Under the pieces are notes generated by a model. It saw only the letters and a list, made by a program, of their open reading frames with translations. It was not told the origin of the DNA and made no database searches. This document shows positions 9,455-18,427 of a stretch of DNA of 64,000 bases, one piece after another (positions within the stretch are counted from its first letter, which is position 1; each line of letters starts with the position of its first letter). Source of the DNA: an uncultured Nitrososphaerota archaeon (GTDB taxonomy: Archaea > Korarchaeota > Korarchaeia > Korarchaeales > Korarchaeaceae); assembly GCA_964594835.1 (NCBI GenBank), contig CAZQNA010000005.1, forward strand, positions 99,771-163,770, written 5' to 3'. The position numbers and the translations under genes are program-made.

Positions 9455-10340
9455 GGCGGCCGGAGGTGACTGGCTCCTCTACGTGGGGGCCAGGGTGTCC
9501 AGGAGCTCCAAGCCCCTCGAGGACATGATCAGGGAGGCCACGCCGAGGAGGATGGAGAGTCTGTTCAGAAAGCTCCTCGGTTGGGGGCACCTCTCGGTCT
9601 TCGAGCACAGTCTGATCCGGGTCTGGGTGGAGGGAAGCCGCGACGAGGTCAAGTCGAGGCTCTTCCACTGGAAGTTCGTCGAGTACTCGGAGGACGAGGG
9701 GGTGCTGTCCCTGAACCCCAGGGTCGCCATAGAGATGCTCGAGCGGGGCGGGCCCGAGCTGAGGGAGCTTGCCAGAAGTGTCCTCTCCCCATTCCCCGTG
9801 CTGTCCAGGTGCCTGGGACTGGGGTCTGGCGGGGGGCCATCTGGAGGGTCCAGCCCGACGCGTCCGACGAGCGCCCAAGAGGAGGGAATCTGGGTCCACA
9901 TGCTGTCTTCCTCCCCCTGGCCCGATCCGAGGCACGGCTTCCACGCCTTCCTCGTGGAGGGGATATCCAGGGTGTGCAGCCACCAGCTGGTGAGGCACAG
10001 GGCCCTCAGCTTCACTCAGCAGAGTCAGAGGGTGTCTCAGGTGGTGGGCTACTACCTCCCGGGCCACCTGGACGAGGATCTCAAGGCCAGCATGGGGAGG
10101 GAGATAGAGAGGGCCCTCAGAATATACTATGGCCTCTTGGATGCCGGAGTCGAGATGGAGGACGCCAGGTACCTCCTCCCGCAGGCGTGCACCACCAGGA
10201 TCCTAGTCAGCGGGAGGGACTCCGCGTGGCTCCACTTCATAAGGCTGAGGGCCGCGAAGGAGGCCCAGAGGGAGATCAGGCTCGTGGCTCAGATGGTTAG
10301 GCGCCTGTCCGGTCTGGAGCCGACCTACCCCCGGGGTTGA
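9429..10340 (+). CDS. thyX: FAD-dependent thymidylate synthase ThyX (with Gly/Ser-rich insertion)
   Basis: ThyX motif HQLVRHRALSFTQQSQR; overlaps the dcd 3' end. Confidence 0.88.
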   Translation: MRLRISRVEAAGGDWLLYVGARVSRSSKPLEDMIREATPRRMESLFRKLLGWGHLSVFEHSLIRVWVEGSRDEVKSRLFHWKFVEYSEDEGVLSLNPRVAIEMLERGGPELRELARSVLSPFPVLSRCLGLGSGGGPSGGSSPTRPTSAQEEGIWVHMLSSSPWPDPRHGFHAFLVEGISRVCSHQLVRHRALSFTQQSQRVSQVVGYYLPGHLDEDLKASMGREIERALRIYYGLLDAGVEMEDARYLLPQACTTRILVSGRDSAWLHFIRLRAAKEAQREIRLVAQMVRRLSGLEPTYPRG

Positions 10341-10360
10341 CCGCCGCGCTACCTCGGGGG

Positions 10361-11401
10361 TCAGGAGGGCGGGGCGAAGAAGAGGGCCCCGCCACCTGGT
10401 TCTCGCTCCCCCTCAGCGCCGATGTCCACGTGCTTCCAGTCGGAGATAGCCCTGACCTCCCTCCCCCTCCTCCTCAGCAGGTATCCGTAGGCGGAGAGGG
10501 CGGCCGTCGCGCCCATCCCCGCCGATATGACGGCCTGCTTGTAGGGGATGTCAGCGACGTCGCCGGCCGCGAAGACCCCGTCCAAGGAGGTCCTGCAGAG
10601 CTTGTCCACGATTATCTCGCCATTCTCATTGAGGTCCACCAGCCCCCTGACGATCCCAGTCTCGGGCACGTACCCCATCTCCACGAAGACCCCGTCGACC
10701 TGAAGCTCCCTCCTCCCCTCCGGGGTCTCCACCACGACCCCGCTCACCCTCCCCTCTCCCCTGATCTCCACTATCCTCGACCTGGCCAGGACGTTGACGT
10801 TGGGCCTGGATGCGACGGATCTGAAGACCTCCTCCTCCCCTCCCGGGCTCTCTCCCGGAAACACCCAGTGAAGCTCGCTGACCAGGTCCGAGAGCATGCC
10901 AGCGGCCTCTACCCCGTGCGGTCCGACGCCCGCCAGGACCACCCTCTTGCCCCTGAAGAGAGGCGCGTCGCACGTCGCGCAGTAGCTCACCCCCTTCCCC
11001 TTGAACTCCTGCTCGCCCGGCACCCCAAGCTCTCTAGGCTTCTTACCGAAGGCTAGAACGATCGCGTCGGCCCTTAACTCTCCCCCCGTAACGGTCCTGA
11101 CCGTGAATGAGTCCCCCTCCTTTGAGACGCCGGTAACCTCGTCGTACCGGAACTCCGCGCCGTAGAGCTTTGCCTGCTCCTCGACCTTCTTGGAGAGGCC
11201 GAATCCGTCGATGGAGGTGAAGCCTGGGTAGTTCTGTATCTCGGTCGCCAGAAGAAGCTGTCCCCCAACGTCCATCGTGACGACGAGCACTCTCAGATCC
11301 TGCCTTGCCAGGTAGAGTGCCGCGGTCAGACCGGCTATCCCGCCGCCGACAACGATCACGTCATACCTCTCGCCCTGATCCGACCTCTCCGCCATCTTCA
11401 C
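10361..11401 (-). CDS. trxB: thioredoxin-disulfide reductase-like flavoprotein
   Basis: FAD GGGIAG, redox CATCDAPLF, NAD(P) GVGPHGVEAA motifs. Confidence 0.88.
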   Translation of the reverse strand: MKMAERSDQGERYDVIVVGGGIAGLTAALYLARQDLRVLVVTMDVGGQLLLATEIQNYPGFTSIDGFGLSKKVEEQAKLYGAEFRYDEVTGVSKEGDSFTVRTVTGGELRADAIVLAFGKKPRELGVPGEQEFKGKGVSYCATCDAPLFRGKRVVLAGVGPHGVEAAGMLSDLVSELHWVFPGESPGGEEEVFRSVASRPNVNVLARSRIVEIRGEGRVSGVVVETPEGRRELQVDGVFVEMGYVPETGIVRGLVDLNENGEIIVDKLCRTSLDGVFAAGDVADIPYKQAVISAGMGATAALSAYGYLLRRRGREVRAISDWKHVDIGAEGEREPGGGALFFAPPS

Positions 11402-11426
11402 GGTTCTCCCAGCGCGGCTGCCGACG

Positions 11427-11440
11427 GGGTTAATTAACCC
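11427..11440. promoter_or_regulatory. palindromic TATA-like element GGGTTAATTAACCC ~30 nt upstream of trxB start (also potential hairpin after the GNAT gene)
   Basis: seen in sequence; position relative to the leaderless start. Confidence 0.5.
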
Positions 11441-11456
11441 TCACGGGGCAGGAGGC

Positions 11457-12347
11457 TCACCTGCGCCTTATCTCCTTCCTCACCCACGGGCGCCTCTCCA
11501 TCTCCTCGAATCCCGCGGCCGAGAAGGAGGGCATGAACTTCTCCCAGAGCTGGGCCCTCACCCTCCCGAAGCCCGCCTCGGAGGCTATCCTGAGGCTCAC
11601 CTCGACGGCGTCGAACACCTGACCCACGCCGACCCTTGGCTCTCCCCAGAGCATCGCGGACGCCTTTGGCCCGTCCCTAGACGGGATCGCGTAGAGGAGC
11701 AGCGCGAAGTTCCAGGACCCCACCCTCACCCTGAACGCCTTGGGCGACGGGAGACCCAGCCCTACCTCCGCCTGGCCCCAGAGGAGTTCCCAGCTCAGCC
11801 TCCCGGGCCGGACGTGGCCAGCCAGAAGGCAGAGGTTGCTCGGAAAGTCACCCGGCCCCAGCGACACCATTCCCGCCAGTCCGGGGGTGGGCCTGCTGTC
11901 CGCCTCGGCCACAACCTGCCTGGCCACCCTTGAGAACCCCGTGGCCGAGAAGAATCGCTCGCTGCCGGGTATCGGGATCGTGTCGATGACCCTGAAGCCC
12001 CACCCCCTCGCTATCTCGAGGCACCTGTCCAGGAGCGCCTTCCCAACCCCCCTCCCCCTGTACTTCGGGTGAGTCCAGAGGCTGAGGAGGAAGGCGTGCT
12101 CCCCCACGAGGCTCGGCCCCCTGTCGGGGGCTATCTCCGCCTCTCCCACGATCTTGTCCTCCTCAACGGCCACTACCGAGATTCCCCCCGTCCTCCTCAG
12201 GGACTTCAGGTACCAGGCGAGGGCCTCCTCGTCCCCCCACCACCCGAACCTCCTGACCCTCTCCAGGCGGTCGTCCACGCACTCTCCGTACGTGTAGACC
12301 GCGACGATCTCGCCGACGTCGCCCTCATCCGCCTCTCGCAGTATCAT
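11457..12347 (-). CDS. GNAT family N-acetyltransferase, two-domain
   Basis: Acetyl-CoA motif RGRGVGKALL in the N-terminal half. Confidence 0.7.
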   Translation of the reverse strand: MILREADEGDVGEIVAVYTYGECVDDRLERVRRFGWWGDEEALAWYLKSLRRTGGISVVAVEEDKIVGEAEIAPDRGPSLVGEHAFLLSLWTHPKYRGRGVGKALLDRCLEIARGWGFRVIDTIPIPGSERFFSATGFSRVARQVVAEADSRPTPGLAGMVSLGPGDFPSNLCLLAGHVRPGRLSWELLWGQAEVGLGLPSPKAFRVRVGSWNFALLLYAIPSRDGPKASAMLWGEPRVGVGQVFDAVEVSLRIASEAGFGRVRAQLWEKFMPSFSAAGFEEMERRPWVRKEIRRR

Positions 12348-12398
12348 GACGGACAGCCTCTAACCGAGCCCCGCGGGCCAATCAAAAAAGTGCCGTCC

Positions 12399-13861
12399 TC
12401 ACTTCTGCCTCCGCGGGGGAGGACCGACAGGCCGGAGTCTCACGTAGGTAGAGTTGAAGGTGCTTCCCTCACCTATCGCCTGCTTCTCCCTGCTCATTAG
12501 GTCGTTGACGAATCTCCCTGCGAGCCTGCCGGATCTCCTGACCCAGGCCACACCGGGGGAGAGGGACGCATCCACCCTCACGCGGCCCACTGCCCTCCCC
12601 CCGGCCGAGGACTCAATCACGGCCAGATCCCCATCCCTCAGCCCCCAATCGGGTCGCGTCCTCGGGGCTCAAGTGGACGGCATCCTCGGCTGGCTCGTAC
12701 TCGTCCTGGGTTCCGGTCGCGGACGGGATTGAGCTGGAGATCAGCCTCAGCGGGAATCCCCCTGGGGGTTCCTCCCGGCAATCGACGGGAAGTGGAGACA
12801 TGCCCAGTCGTTCTGCGGCCGAACTCCAGAACTCAACCTTCCCGGAGGTGGTCTGATAACGATCCTTTGGCGGATAGACCAGCCTCACGATCCCCTCCTC
12901 CTTCAGAGAGTCCAGCCCACCCGGCAGCATCAGGCTCGACCCCAAGGCCCTTCTGAGAGCCTCCTAGGGACTTTCGCGGACCCACGGGGCTTCGATTCCC
13001 AACTCCTCAGCTATCCTGGCGGCGACCCACCAGTTCGGCCTGCTCTCCCCCGCGGGCCCTACGGCGGGCTCGCTCAGGCCTACGTAGGGGTGCCACCAGC
13101 TCGCCACCACGTCGAGGTGCTCGAACATGCTGGTTACGGGGAGCACGATGTCTGCGAGCCCCGCGGTCTCCGTCCAGAACACTCCGTGGATCACGACGAA
13201 CAGGTCGTCCCTCAGGAGCCCCCTCCTGAAGAGGTCCGACCTGGGCGCCGTCCTCGCCGGGTTGGAGCCGTACACGTAGAGGAACTTGAACCGGCCCGAC
13301 GCCAGGAGAGGCCCCACGTCGAGCAGGTTCACGGTGCCCGAGGGCCTGCCCAGCCCCTCCCTCTAGGTAGGCCGTGTCGAAGTCCCTCGTGGAGTTGCAG
13401 AAGAAGAACCCCCTGTGGACGCCCACCAGGGCGGGTATCAGGGACACGGCCCTGACGGCCTCGGCCCCGCACCTGGTCTTCTGCATACCCACCCCGATGT
13501 AGGTCACGCTCGGCCTCCTCTCGAGGTAGTCCGCCGCCATCTCCATCTGAACGCGGGCGGGAACCCCCGTGATGGACTCCACCCTCTCCGGCGGGTACCG
13601 TGAGATCAGGTCGGCGTACCTCTCGAAACCCGAGGTGAACCTCTCGATGAACTCCCAGTCCGGCCCCAGCTCGTTCACGATGACCCAGGATATCCCGAGG
13701 GCGAGGGGGACGTCGGTCCTCGGCCGGGGCCTGACGTGCCTCCCCAGCAATGCGGTCGGCGTCCTCCTCGGGTCCACGACCCTGTCCCCCTCCACCCTCG
13801 CCAAGAGGCCACATCCGTCGGGGCAGTCTCTCTGACAGATCACTCTCCGCCAGTCTTCCAT
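12399..13861 (-). pseudogene. degraded molybdopterin oxidoreductase (formate dehydrogenase/DMSO reductase family) pseudogene, at least 4 frame fragments
   Basis: N-terminal Fe-S motif ICQRDCPDGCG (13007..13861); mid fragment FLYVYGSNPA...TETAGLADIVLPVTSMFEH (12964..13332); C-terminal molybdopterin-dinucleotide-binding fragment TSGKVEFWS...YPLRLISS (12613..12945); tail in a 4th frame (12399..12620); remnant ~490 aa versus ~650-700 expected. Confidence 0.7.
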
Positions 13862-13916
13862 TCAGCCGGCCCAGGAGCGAACCTCTTAATAATGTAAGGA
13901 GGCTCGAAGGCCCGCT

Positions 13917-14789
13917 GTGACCGAAGGCCCGTCGAGGCTCGACCCCAGGGCGGCGCTGGCCGTGGCCGTCCCAGCGGTCTCCTCGGCCAGCGTCCTCATT
14001 AAGCTGAGCGAGGCCCCTGCCCTGGCGATAGCTGCGAACAGGCTGCTGATCGCGGCGGCGGTCATGCTGGTGGCCTCAGCCCCCTCGCTGGGTCCCTCCC
14101 TGGGCGACATGAGGAGGCTGGCCTTCCCTCTGCTGGCCTCGGGGGCGGCTCTCGCGGTACACTTCGCAGCCTGGGTGACCTCCCTCAAGTATACGTCTGT
14201 AGCCGTGAGCATAGTCCTCGTGGACTCCGCGCCGATGTTCGCCGCCGTCCTTGGGTGGAGCCTCCTGGGAGACAGGTTGACGGCTCGGGAGGCTGTCGGG
14301 ATCGGGTTGGGGATCCTGGGCGCCGCCGCCATAGTTGGGGAGGCCAGAAGGCTCACGCAGAGGGACCTGATCGGCGCGGCCATGGCGCTGGCCGGCGCCG
14401 TCGCCCTGGCCGTGTACCTGGTGGCCGGCAGGTCCGTCAGGAGGAGCCTGGGCACCCTCCCATACGCCGCCTCCGTCTACGCCGTCTCCGGGCTCGCACT
14501 CGGGGGTGCCGCGGCGCTCGCCGGGCAGCCGCTGGCGGGGTACCCGGCGAGGGAGTACGCCATATTCCTCGCCCTGGCCCTGGGCCCCTCGTGCGTCGGA
14601 CACACGCTCTACAACTACGCCCTGAGGTACGTCAAGGCCCACGTGGTCTCCCTGGCGATACTCATGGAGCCAGTGGGGGCCACCCTCATGGCCTGGGCGG
14701 TGCTGGGCGAGGTTCCCTCTCTCAGGGTGGTCGCGGGCGGGGCCCTCCTGCTGACCGGGGTTGCGATGGCCACCGCGGAGTCGAGTTGA
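13917..14789 (+). CDS. EamA/DMT family transporter
   Basis: Approx. 10 TM segments, duplicated EamA domains. Confidence 0.85.
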   Translation: MTEGPSRLDPRAALAVAVPAVSSASVLIKLSEAPALAIAANRLLIAAAVMLVASAPSLGPSLGDMRRLAFPLLASGAALAVHFAAWVTSLKYTSVAVSIVLVDSAPMFAAVLGWSLLGDRLTAREAVGIGLGILGAAAIVGEARRLTQRDLIGAAMALAGAVALAVYLVAGRSVRRSLGTLPYAASVYAVSGLALGGAAALAGQPLAGYPAREYAIFLALALGPSCVGHTLYNYALRYVKAHVVSLAILMEPVGATLMAWAVLGEVPSLRVVAGGALLLTGVAMATAESS

Positions 14790-14802
14790 CCTCGGCGGTG
14801 CC

Positions 14803-15213
14803 TCACTTGCCCAGCGCCTTCCTGACGGCCTCGACGTAGTTCTCGATGCTCCCCCACTGCTTGAGGAAGGAGTCCATTATGTCGTAGCCGTACCTCCTCT
14901 TGAACTCCTCCCTACCCTCCTCGGTCATGTCGGCCGGCGTCCAGGGCGGGAAGTCCTCGTATACGAGCTCAACCTCTCCCTCGCCGCCGACCACGGCCTC
15001 AACGGCCCTCTTGATCAGGGAGGAGAGCATCTGGGCGAGCGGACAGCCGGGGGCCGTGAGGGTGTACCTGACCCTGACGACGGTCGATCCGTCCCGCTCC
15101 TCGACCGAGACCTCCCTTATCAGGCCCAGATCCACGATGTTTATCGGTATCTCGGGGTCGTAGACACCCCTGAGGGCGGTTAAGACCTTGAGCCTCATCT
15201 CCTCGGCGCTCAA
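14803..15213 (-). CDS. MIP18/DUF59 family Fe-S cluster assembly protein (SufT-like)
   Basis: PEIPINIVDLGLI and TAPGCP motifs. Confidence 0.8.
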   Translation of the reverse strand: MSAEEMRLKVLTALRGVYDPEIPINIVDLGLIREVSVEERDGSTVVRVRYTLTAPGCPLAQMLSSLIKRAVEAVVGGEGEVELVYEDFPPWTPADMTEEGREEFKRRYGYDIMDSFLKQWGSIENYVEAVRKALGK

Positions 15214-15261
15214 GAGATCACCCGAGCCCGGTTGGCACCACCCGCTAATTAACGCGACCGC

Positions 15262-16644
15262 TCACTCCACCGTCGACAGCAGTAGCCTCCCCCTGGCGGT
15301 TATCGAGTACATCACCCTCGACCTCCCGCTCTTGGACACTGTCTGGACCCTCGCTATGGCCCCCATCTCCTCCAGCGCCTTCAGGTGCTGGTAGACTGCT
15401 GGCAGGGAGATCTCCACGCCGGCATCCCTGAGCCTCCTCCAGATCTCGTACCCGTGAAGCCTACCCGACGTGAGCATCCTCAGTATGGCGGTCTTGGTCC
15501 TGCCGAGCGGCCGCCCCGGCCCCTCCCCCCTCACGTAGGCGTCGGCCAGGTGGAGCCTCTCCAGCTCCCTCACGGCTGCGGTCGGGTCCTTGAGGCCAGA
15601 GCCCGTCACCACCAGGACGACGGTGTCTGAGGGCGACAGCTCCCCCTCCACCCTGAGCCTCTCGGCGGCGGCGAGGGTGGAGGCGGCCGCGGGCTCGGCG
15701 AATATCCCCTCCGCCCGCGCCAGCTTCCTGGATGCCTCCAGCATCTCCTCGTCCCCCACGGTGATCAGGTCGCCCCCGCTCTCTCTAACCGCCCTCTTGG
15801 CCTGGCTCAGCCGATCCGGCTCAGGAAAGTGCAGGTCTAGGGCCACGGCGCTCTCCTCGGTGGGTCTCACTCCGTAGAGGCGCACTCCCTCCCTCTTGGT
15901 GAGTCCCAGCTCCCTCGCCTCCCCTATGCCCTTCCAGACGGCCGTCATCAGGGAGCCGCTCCCGACCGGCAGTATCATGGCGTCTGGCTCGGACCACCCC
16001 AGCGACTCCAAGACCTCAAGGGACAGGGTCTTCTCACCCTCAACCAGGAGGGGATCCGAGTTCATGGCGGAGTAGTAGCGGGCGGGCGTTTCGAGGCGAC
16101 CGTTGGGTGGGGAGACCGCCGCCCCGTAGGCGATCATCTGGTAGAGCTTCGCAGGATCGGTCGGCCCATCCACCCTGATGGCGCAGCCTATCCCGGCCCT
16201 GGCCGCGTAGGCGGCGAGGGAGGCGCCGAGGTTCCCCTTCACCTTCCCGCTCACCCCATCGTATCCCTCCTGGACGACCCTCGTGACGAGGACAGTGGAG
16301 CCCCTGTCTATGAAGCACCCCGTGGGGTTCTTCGTCTCGTCCTTCACCAGCAGCCCCTCCAGGCCCACCTCCCCTCCAAGCCTCCGACAGGCGTGGAGCC
16401 TCGTTCCCCCCTCCCCGAGCGTAATCGGGTCTCTGGACACAGGGAGCAGCTCTCTGTACCTCCACACTCCCGCGACCCTGCTGGCCAGGATCTCCGGGGT
16501 CAGCTCTCCACTCATCTCGTGGAGATCGGGAACCAGAATCAGGGGCTCACCGCACCTCGGACAGGCGGGCTGGACCCTCTCCACCTCCCTCTCCGCCCCG
16601 CACCTGGGGCAGCGGGCCACCCATCTCATCTCAGTTCGATACAT
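15262..16644 (-). CDS. threonine synthase-like (degenerate PLP site) protein fused to N-terminal Zn-ribbon and C-terminal PadR-type winged HTH
   Basis: CPRCG...CPRCG ribbon; collinear with ThrC (RYRELLPVS, EKTLSLEV, VVTGSGLKD); NPTGSFKDRG is NPTGCFIDRG here (codon ATA checked at 16309-16311); STGNT is KGNLG and GNAGN is GSGSL; C-terminal GYEIWRRL...LPAVYQHLKALEEMG is PadR-like. Confidence 0.8.
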   Translation of the reverse strand: MYRTEMRWVARCPRCGAEREVERVQPACPRCGEPLILVPDLHEMSGELTPEILASRVAGVWRYRELLPVSRDPITLGEGGTRLHACRRLGGEVGLEGLLVKDETKNPTGCFIDRGSTVLVTRVVQEGYDGVSGKVKGNLGASLAAYAARAGIGCAIRVDGPTDPAKLYQMIAYGAAVSPPNGRLETPARYYSAMNSDPLLVEGEKTLSLEVLESLGWSEPDAMILPVGSGSLMTAVWKGIGEARELGLTKREGVRLYGVRPTEESAVALDLHFPEPDRLSQAKRAVRESGGDLITVGDEEMLEASRKLARAEGIFAEPAAASTLAAAERLRVEGELSPSDTVVLVVTGSGLKDPTAAVRELERLHLADAYVRGEGPGRPLGRTKTAILRMLTSGRLHGYEIWRRLRDAGVEISLPAVYQHLKALEEMGAIARVQTVSKSGRSRVMYSITARGRLLLSTVE

Positions 16645-16687
16645 AAGCTTACGGACTCAAATATAAGAATGCCGACTTATACATCAT

Positions 16688-17197
16688 GTGGTGTTTGGTG
16701 TGACCGGGCCGAGGAGCACGTCCGTCTGGGCAGCCTTCGCCGGGGTGGGGGCCGCGCTCGTGGCTGCCTCGACGCTGGTCGTTCAGATCCCAGTCCCGGC
16801 GACTCAGGGGTACATAAACCTCGGGGACACGATGGTGATAGCGATGGCCCTGGCCTTGGGCCCGACCATCGGCGCCTTCTGCGGCGGGGTGGGCTCGGCC
16901 CTCGCCGACCTGATATCCGGATTCGCCCACTACGCCCCCTACACACTGCTCATCAAGGGTGTCGAGGGGGCCCTCGCGGGCCTGGTCTCTGGGAGGGGCA
17001 GATGGATGGAGATTGCGGGGGCGGGGGTGGCCGTGGGCGAGATGGTCCTGGGCTACTTCACGGTCGAGGCGCTGCTCTTCGGCCCAGGGGCGGCTGTCTC
17101 AGAGCTGCCGGGCAACATAGTCCAGGCTGCCGCAGGTCTCCTCGTGGGGGTTCCGCTGTCGAGGGTAGTCAGGAGGGCCCTTGAGAGGGTGGGTTAG
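16688..17197 (+). CDS. ECF transporter S component (ThiW/HmpT/PdxU-like)
   Basis: 169 aa, 5-6 TM, glycine-rich helices; GTG start 22 nt after CAAATATAAG box; divergent from the ThrC-like regulator. Confidence 0.65.
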   Translation: MVFGVTGPRSTSVWAAFAGVGAALVAASTLVVQIPVPATQGYINLGDTMVIAMALALGPTIGAFCGGVGSALADLISGFAHYAPYTLLIKGVEGALAGLVSGRGRWMEIAGAGVAVGEMVLGYFTVEALLFGPGAAVSELPGNIVQAAAGLLVGVPLSRVVRRALERVG

Positions 17198-18345
17198 CTC
17201 ACCTCTCTGAGGGCCTCCTTCACCGCCCCCACGACGTACCGAACGTCCTCGTCCCCCATGCCCGGGTGAATCGGAAGAAGGACGATCCTCCTGACGAGGT
17301 CCTCCGCATTCGGGCACTCCAGCTTCCGGAAGCCTTGCCCCCTCCTGATGAACCATAGGGGATCGAACTCCCTCCTCCCGAGCCTGCCCATCACGGGCTG
17401 CTCGTACACCGGCATCGGATAGCTGGGCCTGGCGTCGACCCCCCTGGCCTGAAGGGCCTCCACGAGTCTGTCCCTCCTCTGAACGTCGACCTTCACGGCG
17501 AACAGGTGCCACGCGTGCCTGGCCCAGGGGCGCTCGACTGGCATCTCAATGCCCTCTAATCCCCCCAGCTCGTCCATGTAGAGCCTGGCTATCTCCCTCC
17601 TCCTCTCGTTCATCCGGTCTAGCTTCTTGAGCTGAACTATCCCGATCGCGGCCTGCAGGTCCGTCATCCTGTAGTTCATCCCGAGCGAGACGTGCAGGTA
17701 CTTCGACTCCTGGCCGTGGTCCCTCAGGAGCCTGCACCTCTCGGCCAGGCCGTCGTCGCTCGTCGTCACCATCCCTCCCTCGGCCGTGGTCATGTTCTTC
17801 GTGGGGTAGAAGCTGAAGGCCGCGGCGTCTCCCAGCGAACCGATCCTTCTCCCGCGGTACTCGGCCCCGTGGGCCTGGGCTGCATCCTCCAGCACGAGCA
17901 GGTCCCGTTCACGGGCCAACTTGATGATCGGATCCATGTCGGTCGGGTGCCCGAAGAGGTGGACTGGCACTATGGCCCTCGTCGCGTCTGAGAGGCCCTC
18001 CTCGACCCTGGAGGGGTCTAGGTTGAAGGTCTCTGGGTCCACATCGACGAAGACGGGCGTGGCTCCCGTCATGAGTATGGTTGAGGCCGTGGCGAAGAAG
18101 GTAAGCGGGGTCGTTATGACCTCGTCTCCGGGTCCGACGCCCATGGCCTGGAGGGCCACCAGCAGTGCCACGGTCCCGTTGGAGACCGCCACGCCGTGCT
18201 TGGCCCCGACGTAGGCGGTGAACCCCCTCTCCAGCTCTCTGACCCTCTCTCCCTGGGCGAGCATTCCGCTCTCTATGACCCGCTCGACCTCCCGGATCTC
18301 CTCCTCGCCGAGGGCGGGCCTCGATATGGGGATCCTCCTGGTCAT
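17194..18345 (-). CDS. DegT/DnrJ/EryC1/StrS family PLP-dependent aminotransferase
   Basis: Conserved block begins MTRRIPISRPALGEEE; the 168 aa upstream in the ORF track is low-complexity non-coding-looking; ATG at 18345 has CTTAATTATTG ~25 nt upstream. Confidence 0.85.
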   Translation of the reverse strand: MTRRIPISRPALGEEEIREVERVIESGMLAQGERVRELERGFTAYVGAKHGVAVSNGTVALLVALQAMGVGPGDEVITTPLTFFATASTILMTGATPVFVDVDPETFNLDPSRVEEGLSDATRAIVPVHLFGHPTDMDPIIKLARERDLLVLEDAAQAHGAEYRGRRIGSLGDAAAFSFYPTKNMTTAEGGMVTTSDDGLAERCRLLRDHGQESKYLHVSLGMNYRMTDLQAAIGIVQLKKLDRMNERRREIARLYMDELGGLEGIEMPVERPWARHAWHLFAVKVDVQRRDRLVEALQARGVDARPSYPMPVYEQPVMGRLGRREFDPLWFIRRGQGFRKLECPNAEDLVRRIVLLPIHPGMGDEDVRYVVGAVKEALREVS

Positions 18346-18427
18346 CGCCGAGTGGGTGGCGGGGCAATAATTAAGGGCCTGACAGTCTGGAACGGGTGGA
18401 TCTGTCGACGAGAGAGGGACAGGGTAG

